From Thermoplasmatota archaeon (GTDB lineage: Archaea > Thermoplasmatota > Thermoplasmata > UBA10834), in the NCBI GenBank assembly GCA_040751795.1, contig JBFMHR010000004.1:192001-256000 (forward strand): a stretch of DNA of 64,000 bases, read 5' to 3'. Under the pieces are notes generated by a model. It was given only the letters and a program-made list of their open reading frames with translations, was not told the origin of the DNA and made no database searches. Both the position numbers and the translations under genes were made by a program. Of this stretch, positions 18,109 through 27,545 are shown piece after piece. Positions within the stretch are counted from its first letter, which is position 1, and every line of letters begins with the position of its first letter.

Positions 18109-21100
18109 TTGCGGCGCGGCGTGGCAATCGCATTGCTGGCGGTCATCATCGTCTCTCTCGTCCTGCCCATGCAGTCCGCCCGCTCGTTCAGGGACGCCGC
18201 GGCGGTGACGGACCTCTCCGAGCCGGCACCTCTCTCCTACACCCCGCTCCTCGAAGCGGTCTCCTTCCCCAGCCCCATCGACACCGCGTCGACCGTGCCC
18301 GAGTTCCCGTTGGTGTCGCGCGCGCTGATGCTCGGGGGCGGGTCCGTCGACGCGATCCTCGAGGACCTCAACGGGGACGGCGCGAGCGACCTCGCCGTGG
18401 CCGTGTCCGGGGCGAACCTCCTCTCCATCTTCTTCAGGCAGGCGGACGGCAGCTTCCTGAGCTGGCCGACGCTCAACGTGACGCTTGACTCCCCGCCCGT
18501 CGACATCGAGGCCATAGACAGGTACGGGGATGAGGACCACCACATCGTTGTTCTTCAGAGCAAGGCTACACCAACCGACTATGACCATTTCGTAGTAGTC
18601 AATATCACCTCTGACACCACCTTCACAAAGACCTCGGCAGTGACATTGACCACAGGTGTGTGTGGCCTAATCACGGGCAACCTGCGTGGAGATACTCGAT
18701 ATGACATCGGAATAGTCTCAGCGGGACCTAATCCAGAATCTGAAACCGGAACGGTCGAGATCTTCACAGGACCGCTATTTGACACCTCTATGCAACTCTA
18801 TGCTGGACTGGGCACTAGCTCGATAGCTTGCGGGGACTTCGACACGAATGGCCTGCTCGATCTGGCGATATCCAACCGCTACGACTCGGACATCGATGTC
18901 TTCCTCGCCCCATTCGTCCCTCCGGTCTCCTCTCCCAATTGGACCCTCAGCGCGCCTGGAGAGCCACGGTCTCTGGCTGTGGGCAACTTCAATGGCGATA
19001 CGACCGTCGACCTGGCGGTGTCCTGCGAATCGCCCGACACAATCCATCTGTTCTATCAGTCGAGCGGGCAGCTGCCCGCTACCGCGTCCCAGAGCATGCC
19101 CACGGAGGCCCCTTGCTCCAGGATCGTCTCGGGGGACATGAGCGGCGACGGCATGGCGGACCTGCTGGCCCTCTCAGAGGAGATGAACGCAGCATACGGC
19201 TACTACCAGAGGGCCGTGGCGCCGCTATGGGTCTCCATCGCGGACGCCGCATTCCCGACTGGTGCATCCCCTGGGGGAGCGGTCATCGGCGACCTCACGG
19301 GGGACGGGGTGGCGGACCTGGCGGTCGCGAGCGCCGGGCAGGACCTCGACGGTTCGAGCATCGCGCTGTATCCATCGAACCCGTACGGCTTCTCCAACTC
19401 CAACAGCACGACGTGGACCTACCTGTACTACGAGGCGTCCGTCATCGCGGTCGGCGACATCGACGGCGACGACTCCGAAGACCTGGTCCTGGGGTACCCC
19501 GAGACCAACTCGTTCGGCTACATGCTCGGGTTCTCCGGCGACATGAGCTTCGTCGGCCTCGGCTACGCCCCGCTCGACATCGTCGTGACCGACGTCAACG
19601 GCGACTCGTTCGCGGACGTGCTCACCTCGAACGGCACCCACCCGTACGGGCTGTTCTACCTGGGAGACCCGTCGGACCCGGGCTCCCTGGTCATGTCGAT
19701 GTTCAACTGCTCCGGCAACCTCACGGACATCGCGACCGGCGACCTCAACGACGACGGCATGGTCGACGTCGTGGCCTCCACCTCGAACGGCACCGTCGAG
19801 ATCATGCTCAACAGCGGCTCGTCACCGGTCTACCCGGACTCCGTCGTCCTGGACGCCACCCCGGGCGTCGGCATACCGTCGGTCGCGGTCGGCGACTTCG
19901 ACTCGGACGGCCTCGACGACATCGCCTACCCGCAGTCCCCGAACAGGATAGAGATACTGCTCCAGGACGAGGGCGCCACCCCGTTCTCGCTGCCGGCCGA
20001 CATCGAGCTGAGCGCGAGCGTGGCATCGCCATTCGTGAGGCTCTGGAGCGGGGACGTGACCGGCGACTTCGAGGCCGACATCGTGGCGATGGTGGGGGAC
20101 GACGAGCGTCTCTTCCTGTTCGACCACGACCAGTTCACGACCACCACCATCCCGTTCGACGAGGTCTCGCTGCCCGAGGTGCCCAGCTTCGTCTCCGTCA
20201 CCGACGTAACGGACGACGGGCACGCGGACGTCGTGGCGGCCTTCCCGTCCGCCGACCTCCTGTTCCTCTACCGCCAGTCTGGATCGTCCCTGCCTCCGTC
20301 CCCGTCGATGACGTTCGTCACCGGCGCCCTCCCCTCGTGCGCTATCCTGGGGGACGGGACGGGCGACCACCGGGGCGACCTCCTCGTGGTCGACTCCGGC
20401 TCGCACAGCGTCTCCGCGTGGGAGCTCATCAACTCCCCGCCTGTCGCGCACTCCGGCGGCCCCTACGTCGCGGGCCAGGGTGACCCGCACCAGTTCAACG
20501 GCTCCGTCACGACATCGTTCTCCGAGCTCCCGTACATCGAGTACATGTGGGACTTCGGGGACGGCAACGTGACCGACTGGGCTAGGGACCCATCCCCAGT
20601 CCACCAGTACCTGGAGCTGGGCAACTTCACGGTCACGCTCACCGTCAGGGACCCCGCGGGTTCGGCCGACAGCGACGCCACCTGGATCGAGGTCGTCGAC
20701 AGCCACCCCTTCGCGGACTTCACATGGTCCCCCCTGAACCCGACCGAGGGCGAGGACGTGGTGTTCACGGACGCCACGTACTCCTTCGACCCCCTGGAGA
20801 CCATCTGGTGGATCGTCGACGGGGTGGTCGTCTCCTCAGGCCTCGAGCACACGGTCACGATGTCCTTCGACGACGGTTCCCACTACGCCAACCTCACCGC
20901 GGTGGACTCCGACGGCTCCGCGGATTCTGTCATCAAGTACTTCTTCGTCCAGCCGCTCGACCCCGAGCTCAGCCTCGTCGCGCCGCTCCTGGTCGACGAG
21001 GGCGACACGGTGCCGTTCGAGGTCATCGTCGACGAGCGCTTCGGCGGCGAGGTGGACGAGGTCGTCGGCTACGAGTGGGACTTCTCCTACGACGGCGCGT

Positions 21101-23163
21101 TCTCCGTGGACGAGGTGACCTCGTCCAACTCCACCACGCACGTGTTCGGCTCCACCGGCGACTCCGAGGTCTACACGGTCGCCGTCAGGGTCACCGATGT
21201 GGACGGCGACGCCAACACCACCATGGCGAGCGTGGAGGTTGCTGACATAGGCCCATCGGCCCAGATTTCCCTGTCCGTGCCGGCCGCGGAGGAGGGGGCG
21301 CCCTTCTCCTTCGTCGACGGCACAAACACATACGACGGGATCGCGTCGTGGGAATGGACCCTCAGGTACCCCGACTCCTCGACTGACACATGGTCCATCC
21401 CGTCCGATGAGATGGCCGCGCTGGAGTTCGAGCTCGGGGACGGCGACTACAGCATGAGGCTCGAGGTGTCCGAGGCCGACGGCGACAGCGACCAGTTCGT
21501 CCTCAACTTCGCGGTCGGGGAGGTCGCGCCGTCCGTCACGCTGACGCTCGACCCGGCCGCGGGCCCGTACATGGAGTTCCAGACGATAGCGTTCACCGTC
21601 CAGGCCGAGAGCTACGACCCCGTCGAGTCGTACGAGTGGGACTTCGTGTCGCCCGGCGCGCAGTTCATACCCGACCTCCGGACCGACGCCGGGGAGGCCT
21701 CCCACTCGTACAGCTGGGTGGGCAACTACACGGCCAAGGTCCGCATCAACGACACGGACGGCTCCTCCGCCGTCGTGGAGGTGGACATAGAGGTCGTCGA
21801 CGCGGGCCTCGAGGGGTCCTTCGATTCCGACGTGGCCGTCCTGCGGGACGACCCGAACAGCACAGGCACCGTCACGTTCGACGCCAGCTCCCTCGCCGAG
21901 GCGTACCCAGACATAGCCTACACGGTCTGGGAGTTCGGTGACGGCGGGACGGAGTTCCTCCTCAACCCGCCCGCGGACCCGGTCACGCACGAGTACTCGC
22001 CCACGCGCGACTACGTGGTGAACGTGACCCTCGCGGACGACGACGGCAACAGCCTCGACATGTCGGGCACCCTGCGCATGGTGGAGCCCGCGATCGACCT
22101 CTCGGGATGGGAGAGCGGGGACGTCGTCAACTCCGGCACGCCCCTCAGGTTCACGGTCGGGGACGACTCGCCGCCGCTGGTCTACGTCATGTACTCGGTC
22201 GACGGCGCCCCGTACCAGGACTTCGAGACGATGTACTCCATCAGCACGGTCGGCTGGGAGGACGGGGCGTACACCGTGGACGTCGTCGCGGAGGACAAGG
22301 ACGGGAACATCGCCCGCGAGACGGGCCTGGAGGTCACGATCGACGACACGGCCCCCTCGGTCACGGTTCTCACAGAGGCGACCGCCGTGTACGGAGGCGA
22401 CAAGGTCAACATCACCATCATGGTCGAGGACGACAACATCGGCGAGGGGGACGTCGTGCTGTTCCTCACGTTCCCCGGGGACGACTCCCCGACCTCGTAC
22501 CTGATGCACCCCGCGGGGGGCGGGGTGTACTACGTCCTGGTCGAGTTGCCCAAGAGGGCGGGCCAGATGGAGTCGTACTACGAGGCCACGGACCTCGCGG
22601 GCAACTCGTTCACCTCCGAGGTCTACACCACGGCGGTCGAGATCCGCTTCATCGACGCGGCCTGGCCGTACCTCCTCCTCATGGCGGTGGCCGCCGCGCT
22701 CGGCACGGCCGCCTACTTCATGCGCGAGGCCTCCATCGCGGTCGACGAGACCTTCGTGATATACAGCGACGGCAGGCTCCTGGCCCACAACACCAGGAGG
22801 CTCAAGCCCGGGATGGACGACCAGGTCCTGAGCGGCATGTTCGTCGCCATACAGGACTTCATCATGGACTCCTTCAAGGACGAGACCTCCTTCCGCCTCC
22901 GCAAGCTCGACTTCGGGGAGAAGTCGGTGCTCATAGAGAAGGGCGAGCACCTCTTCCTCGCGGTGGTCCTGCACGGGAAGGCCTCCAGGAAGGTGTCGAG
23001 GAGGATGAAGGGCGTGCTCGACGACATAGAGGGCGCCTTCTCCGAGCACCTCAGGGACTGGGACGGCGACCTGGACAAGGTCAGGGGGGTAAACGAGCGA
23101 GTGAAGAGGCTCTACTCCAAGGCCCCTCTCCTCCTTGGCCCGCCCCGGAAGAGGGGGAAGTAG
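18109..23163 (+). CDS. Large cell-surface protein: FG-GAP/VCBS repeats, PKD/Ig-like domains, TM helix, cytoplasmic roadblock/longin-like domain
   Basis: Signal peptide after TTG 18109; repeated GD(L/F)(N/D)GDG..DL motifs; WDFGDG PKD motifs; TM at ~22663-22722. Confidence 0.85.
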   Translation: MRRGVAIALLAVIIVSLVLPMQSARSFRDAAAVTDLSEPAPLSYTPLLEAVSFPSPIDTASTVPEFPLVSRALMLGGGSVDAILEDLNGDGASDLAVAVSGANLLSIFFRQADGSFLSWPTLNVTLDSPPVDIEAIDRYGDEDHHIVVLQSKATPTDYDHFVVVNITSDTTFTKTSAVTLTTGVCGLITGNLRGDTRYDIGIVSAGPNPESETGTVEIFTGPLFDTSMQLYAGLGTSSIACGDFDTNGLLDLAISNRYDSDIDVFLAPFVPPVSSPNWTLSAPGEPRSLAVGNFNGDTTVDLAVSCESPDTIHLFYQSSGQLPATASQSMPTEAPCSRIVSGDMSGDGMADLLALSEEMNAAYGYYQRAVAPLWVSIADAAFPTGASPGGAVIGDLTGDGVADLAVASAGQDLDGSSIALYPSNPYGFSNSNSTTWTYLYYEASVIAVGDIDGDDSEDLVLGYPETNSFGYMLGFSGDMSFVGLGYAPLDIVVTDVNGDSFADVLTSNGTHPYGLFYLGDPSDPGSLVMSMFNCSGNLTDIATGDLNDDGMVDVVASTSNGTVEIMLNSGSSPVYPDSVVLDATPGVGIPSVAVGDFDSDGLDDIAYPQSPNRIEILLQDEGATPFSLPADIELSASVASPFVRLWSGDVTGDFEADIVAMVGDDERLFLFDHDQFTTTTIPFDEVSLPEVPSFVSVTDVTDDGHADVVAAFPSADLLFLYRQSGSSLPPSPSMTFVTGALPSCAILGDGTGDHRGDLLVVDSGSHSVSAWELINSPPVAHSGGPYVAGQGDPHQFNGSVTTSFSELPYIEYMWDFGDGNVTDWARDPSPVHQYLELGNFTVTLTVRDPAGSADSDATWIEVVDSHPFADFTWSPLNPTEGEDVVFTDATYSFDPLETIWWIVDGVVVSSGLEHTVTMSFDDGSHYANLTAVDSDGSADSVIKYFFVQPLDPELSLVAPLLVDEGDTVPFEVIVDERFGGEVDEVVGYEWDFSYDGAFSVDEVTSSNSTTHVFGSTGDSEVYTVAVRVTDVDGDANTTMASVEVADIGPSAQISLSVPAAEEGAPFSFVDGTNTYDGIASWEWTLRYPDSSTDTWSIPSDEMAALEFELGDGDYSMRLEVSEADGDSDQFVLNFAVGEVAPSVTLTLDPAAGPYMEFQTIAFTVQAESYDPVESYEWDFVSPGAQFIPDLRTDAGEASHSYSWVGNYTAKVRINDTDGSSAVVEVDIEVVDAGLEGSFDSDVAVLRDDPNSTGTVTFDASSLAEAYPDIAYTVWEFGDGGTEFLLNPPADPVTHEYSPTRDYVVNVTLADDDGNSLDMSGTLRMVEPAIDLSGWESGDVVNSGTPLRFTVGDDSPPLVYVMYSVDGAPYQDFETMYSISTVGWEDGAYTVDVVAEDKDGNIARETGLEVTIDDTAPSVTVLTEATAVYGGDKVNITIMVEDDNIGEGDVVLFLTFPGDDSPTSYLMHPAGGGVYYVLVELPKRAGQMESYYEATDLAGNSFTSEVYTTAVEIRFIDAAWPYLLLMAVAAALGTAAYFMREASIAVDETFVIYSDGRLLAHNTRRLKPGMDDQVLSGMFVAIQDFIMDSFKDETSFRLRKLDFGEKSVLIEKGEHLFLAVVLHGKASRKVSRRMKGVLDDIEGAFSEHLRDWDGDLDKVRGVNERVKRLYSKAPLLLGPPRKRGK

Positions 23164-23171
23164 GCGGTACC

Positions 23172-23954
23172 ATGACGCTCCCCCTCCCCGAGTGGCCGAC
23201 CCTCCTTGGCGTGACCGCCTTCTGCACCGTGATGGCCCTCCTCGCCTACAGGCGGAGGATATTCAACCTCTCGGGCTCGGTCGGCGCATTCGTCGTCGGG
23301 ATGGTCATAGGCGTATGCGGGAACGTGCTCTGGCTGTTCCTCCTCCTCGTGTTCCTGCTCACGAGCTTCGGGGCCACCAGGTACAGGTTCGACTGGAAGA
23401 AGAAGCAGGGTTTCCAGGAGGGCGCGAAGGGGGAGCGCTCGTGGAGGAACATCGCGGCCAACGGCGCCATCCCCACCGTCATAGCCTTCGCGAGCTTCGT
23501 CGGCGAGGCGATGGCAGGCGGGGACGTGTCGTCCAACCCGTTCCCGAAGGACATCGCCAGCTACGCGTTCGTCGCGTCGATAGCCGTCGCGGCCTCCGAC
23601 ACCGCCGCGAGCGAGATAGGCATCATCGACCCCAGGGTGTACATGATCACCACCTTCAAGAGGGCCAGGAGGGGGGTCGACGGGGGCGTGTCGCTGACGG
23701 GCCAGCTCATAGCCTTCGTCGCCGCGGCCTACACGTCGGCCGTGGCGTACGTGCTCTTCTCGCTCTTCGACCCGGGCCTCATCGCGGGGCCGCCCACGGT
23801 CTTCGTGCCGATGCTCTGCGGCTTCTTCGGCTGCCAGGTCGACAGCCTCATCGGCGCCACATGGGAGACGCGCGGCAGGATAGGCAAGCTGGGCAACAAC
23901 TTCGCCTCGATAGCGATAGGCACGGGCCTCGCGCTGTTGCTGGCCCTCGCCTAG
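23172..23954 (+). CDS. DUF92 (TMEM19-like) membrane protein
   Basis: 'RSWRNIAANG', 'SDTAASEIG', 'DGGVSLTG', 'DSLIGAT'. Confidence 0.88.
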   Translation: MTLPLPEWPTLLGVTAFCTVMALLAYRRRIFNLSGSVGAFVVGMVIGVCGNVLWLFLLLVFLLTSFGATRYRFDWKKKQGFQEGAKGERSWRNIAANGAIPTVIAFASFVGEAMAGGDVSSNPFPKDIASYAFVASIAVAASDTAASEIGIIDPRVYMITTFKRARRGVDGGVSLTGQLIAFVAAAYTSAVAYVLFSLFDPGLIAGPPTVFVPMLCGFFGCQVDSLIGATWETRGRIGKLGNNFASIAIGTGLALLLALA

Positions 23955-24667
23955 GCCTTGGTGAGGGCGCAGACGTAGAGGGGGCCGTCCCAAGGGTACT
24001 GGAACGTCTCCGACACCCTCCACCCGGTCCTCTCCGCGAGGAGCCTCATCTCCGTCGGCGTCACGAGGAGGAGATCGAACCAGTCGTCCGCCCGCCCCTT
24101 GTACACGAACCTCAGCCTCACCTGCCCTGGCATGAGGCCCGCGGACCTGTTCCTCTCGTGGTACGCCCTGTGCGCGGGCAGGGTCGTGCAGAGCGGGTCG
24201 ATGGACTCGGCGAGGAAGACGCCGTCGTCGGCGAGGACCTCCCTCAGCCGCAGCAGCATGGACATCACCCCTCCGGGCGAGCCGCACAGGCCGAAGTTGT
24301 TCCCGAAGGCGACGGCGGTGCCGAAGTGCCCCTTGGGGAAGTCCAGGTCGCACACGGACATCCTGACGGCGTTCTCCACGCCCCTCCTCCTGGCGACATC
24401 GACCATGCCCTCGCTGATGTCGACGCCCACGGCCTCGAGCCCCATGTCCTGGACGTGGAGCGAGACCCTCCCCGGGCCCATGCCGAGGTCGAGGACCCTC
24501 CCCTTGCAGAGGTTCAGGGCCCTCCTCTCGCACTCCGGGAACGCCTCGAACCCGGCGAAGTAGGAGACCAGGTCGTCGGTGTCCATGTGCCCGTCGTCCC
24601 TCTCGATCGTCAGGGGCTCGCCCGCCCCGGCCATCCTGTCCCTGACGGCGTCCCCGAACGCGTCCAT
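23951..24667 (-). CDS. Class I SAM-dependent methyltransferase
   Basis: 'VLDLGMGPG', 'GVDIS', 'IERDDG', 'GNNFGL'. Confidence 0.85.
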   Translation of the reverse strand: MDAFGDAVRDRMAGAGEPLTIERDDGHMDTDDLVSYFAGFEAFPECERRALNLCKGRVLDLGMGPGRVSLHVQDMGLEAVGVDISEGMVDVARRRGVENAVRMSVCDLDFPKGHFGTAVAFGNNFGLCGSPGGVMSMLLRLREVLADDGVFLAESIDPLCTTLPAHRAYHERNRSAGLMPGQVRLRFVYKGRADDWFDLLLVTPTEMRLLAERTGWRVSETFQYPWDGPLYVCALTKA

Positions 24668-24699
24668 GGAACGTGTGAGGGCTTCTCCGCACAAAAGCC

Positions 24700-25440
24700 T
24701 TACCCGAGCGCGTCGAGGGCGTCGGGGACGCCCTCCATGGTCCCGACCCTGGCGTCCGCCTCGGTGGAGGGCTCCGACGCGTGGGCCATGACCTGGACCG
24801 CGTGCATCCCGACCCTCTTCGCCCCGGCCACGTCCTTCTCCGGGTCGTCGCCGACGTGCGCGGCCGCCTTGGGGAGCGTCCTGAGGCCCTCCAGCGTCAC
24901 CCTGAAGGCCGCCTCGGCCGGCTTCCTCACCATGATCTCGTTCGAGAACGTCGTGACGTCGAAGTGCTCCAGGATGCCCATGCGCCCCATCAGGACCCTG
25001 AGCGCGGAGCCGGGGGTCTTGCCGGTGTTGGATATGAGCCCGAGCCTGTAGCCCTTCTCGGCGACCGCCCTGAGGGCCTCCCTGGCGCCGGGGAGGAGCT
25101 CCGGCGGGTGGTCGAGCAGGCTGTCGGAGTAGGCCCTCTCCACCCGGGAGATCTCCTCGTCGGCCATCTTCCCCGGGAGCCTGCACTCGATGCAGCTCAG
25201 CATGAACAGCACATGGTCCCTGACGGGCATGTCCCTGGCCTTGCCCCAGGTGAGCTCCAGGAAGGTCCCGGTCTTCCTGTAGGCCTCCTCGACCTCCCAG
25301 AGGTCGTGGGGGCGGCCTATCCCCTCAAGGATGTCCGCGATCCTGTGGACCCTGAGCGACGCGACCCTCTCCGCCCCCCCCGGGACCTCCCTGACGAGGG
25401 TGTCCCAGAGGTCGAAGGTCACCGCGATTATCTTCCTCAT
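24700..25440 (-). CDS. HAD-family hydrolase
   Basis: FDLWDTL, ISNT, RKP, HVGDD...DV. Confidence 0.9.
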   Translation of the reverse strand: MRKIIAVTFDLWDTLVREVPGGAERVASLRVHRIADILEGIGRPHDLWEVEEAYRKTGTFLELTWGKARDMPVRDHVLFMLSCIECRLPGKMADEEISRVERAYSDSLLDHPPELLPGAREALRAVAEKGYRLGLISNTGKTPGSALRVLMGRMGILEHFDVTTFSNEIMVRKPAEAAFRVTLEGLRTLPKAAAHVGDDPEKDVAGAKRVGMHAVQVMAHASEPSTEADARVGTMEGVPDALDALG

Positions 25441-25527
25441 CCTCTGCGCGGCCCCGTAGGCGCAGGGGCGTAATGAACCCTGGGCCTAGCGGCCGTTCAT
25501 CGCCCTCCCCGACGGGGTGGGCAATGC

Positions 25528-25534
25528 TTATATA
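25528..25534 (+). promoter_or_regulatory. TATA box of the stand-alone 5S rRNA gene
   Basis: TTATATA ~30 bp upstream of the 5S 5' end. Confidence 0.7.
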
Positions 25535-25563
25535 CGACATCGTAATTAGACGGGCTCAGAGAA

Positions 25564-25786
25564 TGGTTTGACGGCCATAGTGGCGGGGCCACACCTGGTC
25601 TCATTCCGAACCCAGAAGTTAAGCCCGCCTACGTTCTCTGTGGTACTGAGGTGCGCGAGCCCTCGGGAAGCCCAAGGCCCTTGAGGCCTCTCGGGCATAA
25701 CGGCTAGGTGCGCTAGCCAGGTACCTTCGGGTACAGGGTGAACCGCACCGCTTGAACCCGTTATGCTCGTGGAACGCCGTCAGCCA
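25564..25786 (+). rRNA. rrf: 5S rRNA with a ~94-nt insertion (~25677-25770)
   Basis: Helix I TGACGGC/GCCGTCA, helix II GTGGCGGG/CCCGCCTAC, loop C CATTCCGAAC, GAAGTTAAGC, helix IV GAGG..GCGA..CCTC, helix V GTTCT/GGAAC. Confidence 0.93.
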
Positions 25787-25880
25787 CTCTCTTCTCCACC
25801 TCCACTCCCTTGCGGTCCGCGCGACCCGTTTGGTAGGTTTTATAAGAGCACAGGGTGCTAGGCGGGCCGGAGCTGGTCGC

Positions 25881-26777
25881 ATGGCGCTGACCGAGGGCGA
25901 GAAGATCATCCTTTTGGCCGTCCTCGCGGTGCTCATGGTCTTCGTCCTCTACTTCGAGTTCAGGATCATGCGGGGCAAGGCCAAGGGCGCGCGCAGGCTG
26001 GCTGTCCGCAAGGACGAGGCGTACAACGCGATACTCACGTGCAGGTCGGTCATGAACGTGCTCGAGAGGCAGGGCTCGGACGTGTCGGAGGCCCGCTCCC
26101 TCGTGAACAAGGCGAAGTCCCACATGGAGCGGGGAGAGCACGAGACCGCCATCGACCTCTGCGAGAGGGCGAGGGACGAGCTCACCAAGGCGCGGAAGTC
26201 CCCGGCGGGGGAGGCCGCGCCCCGCGCATCGAAGGAGGACAGGTACGGCCTCGAGGCCCTGGCGGAGGAGATCGTCACGTCCGACGGGCCGGGGCCGGCG
26301 AAGGACACCTACTCCGGGTCGAAGCTCGAGGTCCAGGGCGGCCCGAGCTACCTCGTCGCCAAGTTCGAGCTGAACACGGCGAGGGAGGAGATCTCCAAGG
26401 CCAGCAGGTCTGGGAAGGACACGGGCGAGGCGTCCGAGCTGCTGAGGAGGGCGCAGGCCGAGTTCGACGCGGGCAACTACACGAAGTCCCTCTCCATGTC
26501 AGTCAAGGCGAAGAAGGCGGCTTCCCCGGAGGGCGCGGGGGAGGCCATACCCCTCAGGTCCAGGCAGCCGCACGAGCGCCCGTCCGATGCGGTGGACGGC
26601 GAGGCGGAGGACGTGGTGGACGTCTGCTCCTCGTGCGGGTCCGACATAGACGCGGAGGACGCGTTCTGCGGGTCGTGCGGGGCCAAGCGCAGGAGGGAGC
26701 GCGCGTGCCCGTCGTGCGGCCGCGCCGCCTCCGAGAGCGACAAGTTCTGCAGGAAGTGCGGCGCGAAGGTCCCCTGA
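25881..26777 (+). CDS. Membrane-anchored helical protein with C-terminal double zinc ribbon
   Basis: N-terminal TM helix, helical repeats, four C-terminal CxxC motifs. Confidence 0.8.
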   Translation: MALTEGEKIILLAVLAVLMVFVLYFEFRIMRGKAKGARRLAVRKDEAYNAILTCRSVMNVLERQGSDVSEARSLVNKAKSHMERGEHETAIDLCERARDELTKARKSPAGEAAPRASKEDRYGLEALAEEIVTSDGPGPAKDTYSGSKLEVQGGPSYLVAKFELNTAREEISKASRSGKDTGEASELLRRAQAEFDAGNYTKSLSMSVKAKKAASPEGAGEAIPLRSRQPHERPSDAVDGEAEDVVDVCSSCGSDIDAEDAFCGSCGAKRRRERACPSCGRAASESDKFCRKCGAKVP

Positions 26778-26783
26778 GCCGGT

Positions 26784-27545
26784 CTAGCGCCCGGAGTACT
26801 TGTTCCTGACGATGAGGGCGGCCAGCGCGCCCGCGCCGAAGCCGTTGTCGATGTTGACCACGCCTATCCCGCTGGAGCAGCTGGAGAGCATCCCGAGGAG
26901 GGCGGCCATCCCGCCGAAGCTCGCGCCGTATCCGACGCTGGTCGGGACCGCCACGACGGGCTTGTCGGTGAGCCCCGCGACCACGCTCGGCAGCGCCCCC
27001 TCCATGCCGGCTATGACTATGATGATGTCCGAGGACTCGAGCTGCCTCAGGTTGGAGGTGAGCCTGTGGACGCCGGCGACGCCCACGTCGTAGAGCCTCT
27101 CGACATCGCACCCCAGCATGTCGCACGTGACCGCTGCCTCCTCGGCCACGGGGATGTCCGATGTGCCGGCCGTGACGACCGCCACCCTGCCGACCCTCCC
27201 CCTCGGCTCCGTCCCCACGGCGGCGATCCTCGCCTCCGGGAACCAACGGACCCCGCCGCCCAGCTCCCGCGCGAGCATCCTGTAGGTGTCCTCCGGGACG
27301 CGGGTGAAGACGGCCTCCCCCTTCCTCGCGAGGGTCCTCCTGGCTATCTCGAGGACCTGCGCGTCGGTCTTCCCGGGCGTGTAGATGGCCTCGGGGATCC
27401 CGCGCCTGAGCTCACGGTGGTGGTCAAGCTTGGCGAAGTCGAGGTCCTCGTAGGGCATCCCCCTGAGGCGCTCCAGCGCATCGGCGACCGTGATGTCGCC
27501 CCTCGCCAGCTCCGAGAGGGTCCTCTCGATGCTCTCCCTGTTCAT
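26784..27545 (-). CDS. larB: Nickel-pincer cofactor biosynthesis carboxylase
   Basis: 'AGTSDIPVAEEA', 'DVGVAG', 'AGMEGAL', 'VVNIDNGFG'. Confidence 0.95.
   Translation of the reverse strand: MNRESIERTLSELARGDITVADALERLRGMPYEDLDFAKLDHHRELRRGIPEAIYTPGKTDAQVLEIARRTLARKGEAVFTRVPEDTYRMLARELGGGVRWFPEARIAAVGTEPRGRVGRVAVVTAGTSDIPVAEEAAVTCDMLGCDVERLYDVGVAGVHRLTSNLRQLESSDIIIVIAGMEGALPSVVAGLTDKPVVAVPTSVGYGASFGGMAALLGMLSSCSSGIGVVNIDNGFGAGALAALIVRNKYSGR

Noticed and set aside
18541-18840. Diversity-generating retroelement target
   Set aside because: No template repeat or reverse transcriptase seen in the window, and the patch is internal rather than C-terminal
25619-25936. ORFs overlapping the 5S insertion (possible homing endonuclease)
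   Set aside because: The insert is under 100 nt with no LAGLIDADG or other motif; the ORFs lack codon bias
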